DNA of 36,735 nucleotides from a virus (Duplodnaviria; Heunggongvirae; Uroviricota; Caudoviricetes): IMG/VR virus record IMGVR_UViG_3300045988_080861, positions 1 to 36,735 of that record; one strand, 5' to 3'. Shown piece by piece: positions 36,301 to 36,735 of this stretch (position 1 is its first letter; each line of letters starts with the position of its first letter). The notes under the pieces were generated by a model. It saw only the letters and a program-made list of their open reading frames with translations, ran no database searches and was not told where the DNA came from. The position numbers and the translations under genes were made by a program.

Positions 36301-36735
36301 GCAGGCCGATCGCATTGCGATGATTACCCCGGAGAACGGCAACACCACGCCGCTGTTTGTGGCGCAGGGGAATCAGCTGTTCATGAACGACGTGTTCCTG
36401 AAGCGACTGTTTGCGGTGAGCATCACGTCATCCGGCAATCCTCCTACGTTTTCCCTGACGCCGGATGGCAGGCTGGCAGCCCGCAATGCGGATATCAGTG
36501 GAGCCATCACGGCGAATACCGGCACGCTCAATAATGTCACCATTAACGAGAACTGTGTCATCAGAGGGAAACTGTCTGCAAACCAGATTGAAGGCGATCT
36601 CGTTAAAACAGTGGGTAAGGCTTTCCCCCGTGACTCCCGTGCACCGGAGAGGTGGCCATCAGGGACCATTACCGTCAGGGTTTATGACGATCAGCCGTTT
36701 GACCGGCAGATTGTTATTCCGGCGGTGGCATTCAG
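33308..36735 (+). CDS. J: Central tail fibre / host specificity protein J (3' end outside window)
   Basis: [41 protein letters not shown]... stays open in-frame to the window end (over 1140 codons) and closely matches lambda J as recalled. Confidence 0.9.

Noticed and set aside
1..36735. Integrase, attachment sites, transposase or insertion sequence
   Set aside because: No tyrosine or serine recombinase, transposase, or terminal inverted repeats were recognised; the window appears to begin inside the early-left operon and end inside J, so prophage ends are outside it.

Overview
This window is a near-complete lambdoid (lambda-like) temperate prophage of an enterobacterial host, read left to right in lambda map order. 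It runs from the leftward early operon (small genes, SieB-like protein, N with nutL), through the immunity region (cI, cro, cII with nutR), a replication module (O-like initiator with internal iterons, DnaC-like loader), a nin-like region (NinB, NinE, DUF1364, RusA), a putative Q, a phage-21-type lysis cassette (pinholin, SAR endolysin, Rz with embedded Rz1), lambda-type terminase, portal, a fused protease-scaffold-capsid head gene, and a lambda-like tail cluster (Z, U, V, G/T, H, M, L, K, I, partial J). No integrase, attachment site, rRNA, tRNA, CRISPR array or transposase is visible. The genome is strongly mosaic: the cI C-terminal domain, the cII C-terminus and tail genes Z through J match lambda from memory, while the cI N-terminal domain, replication genes and head module are of different types. 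The strongest candidate for an undescribed system is an AT-rich, translationally coupled two-gene cassette (185 aa and 250 aa) immediately downstream of cI, in the slot that rexA-rexB occupy in lambda; I cannot assign either protein to a family. Other accessory cargo includes two HNH endonucleases, three antirepressor-type genes, a P22 immI-like Arc/Mnt/Ant module inserted between tail genes L and K (with an apparently frameshifted Arc-like gene), an unknown gene inside the lysis cassette, a KilA-N gene pair, and a 1.2 kb ORF-poor stretch upstream of terminase. All identifications rest on reading the translations and on recalled family knowledge; no database search was run.
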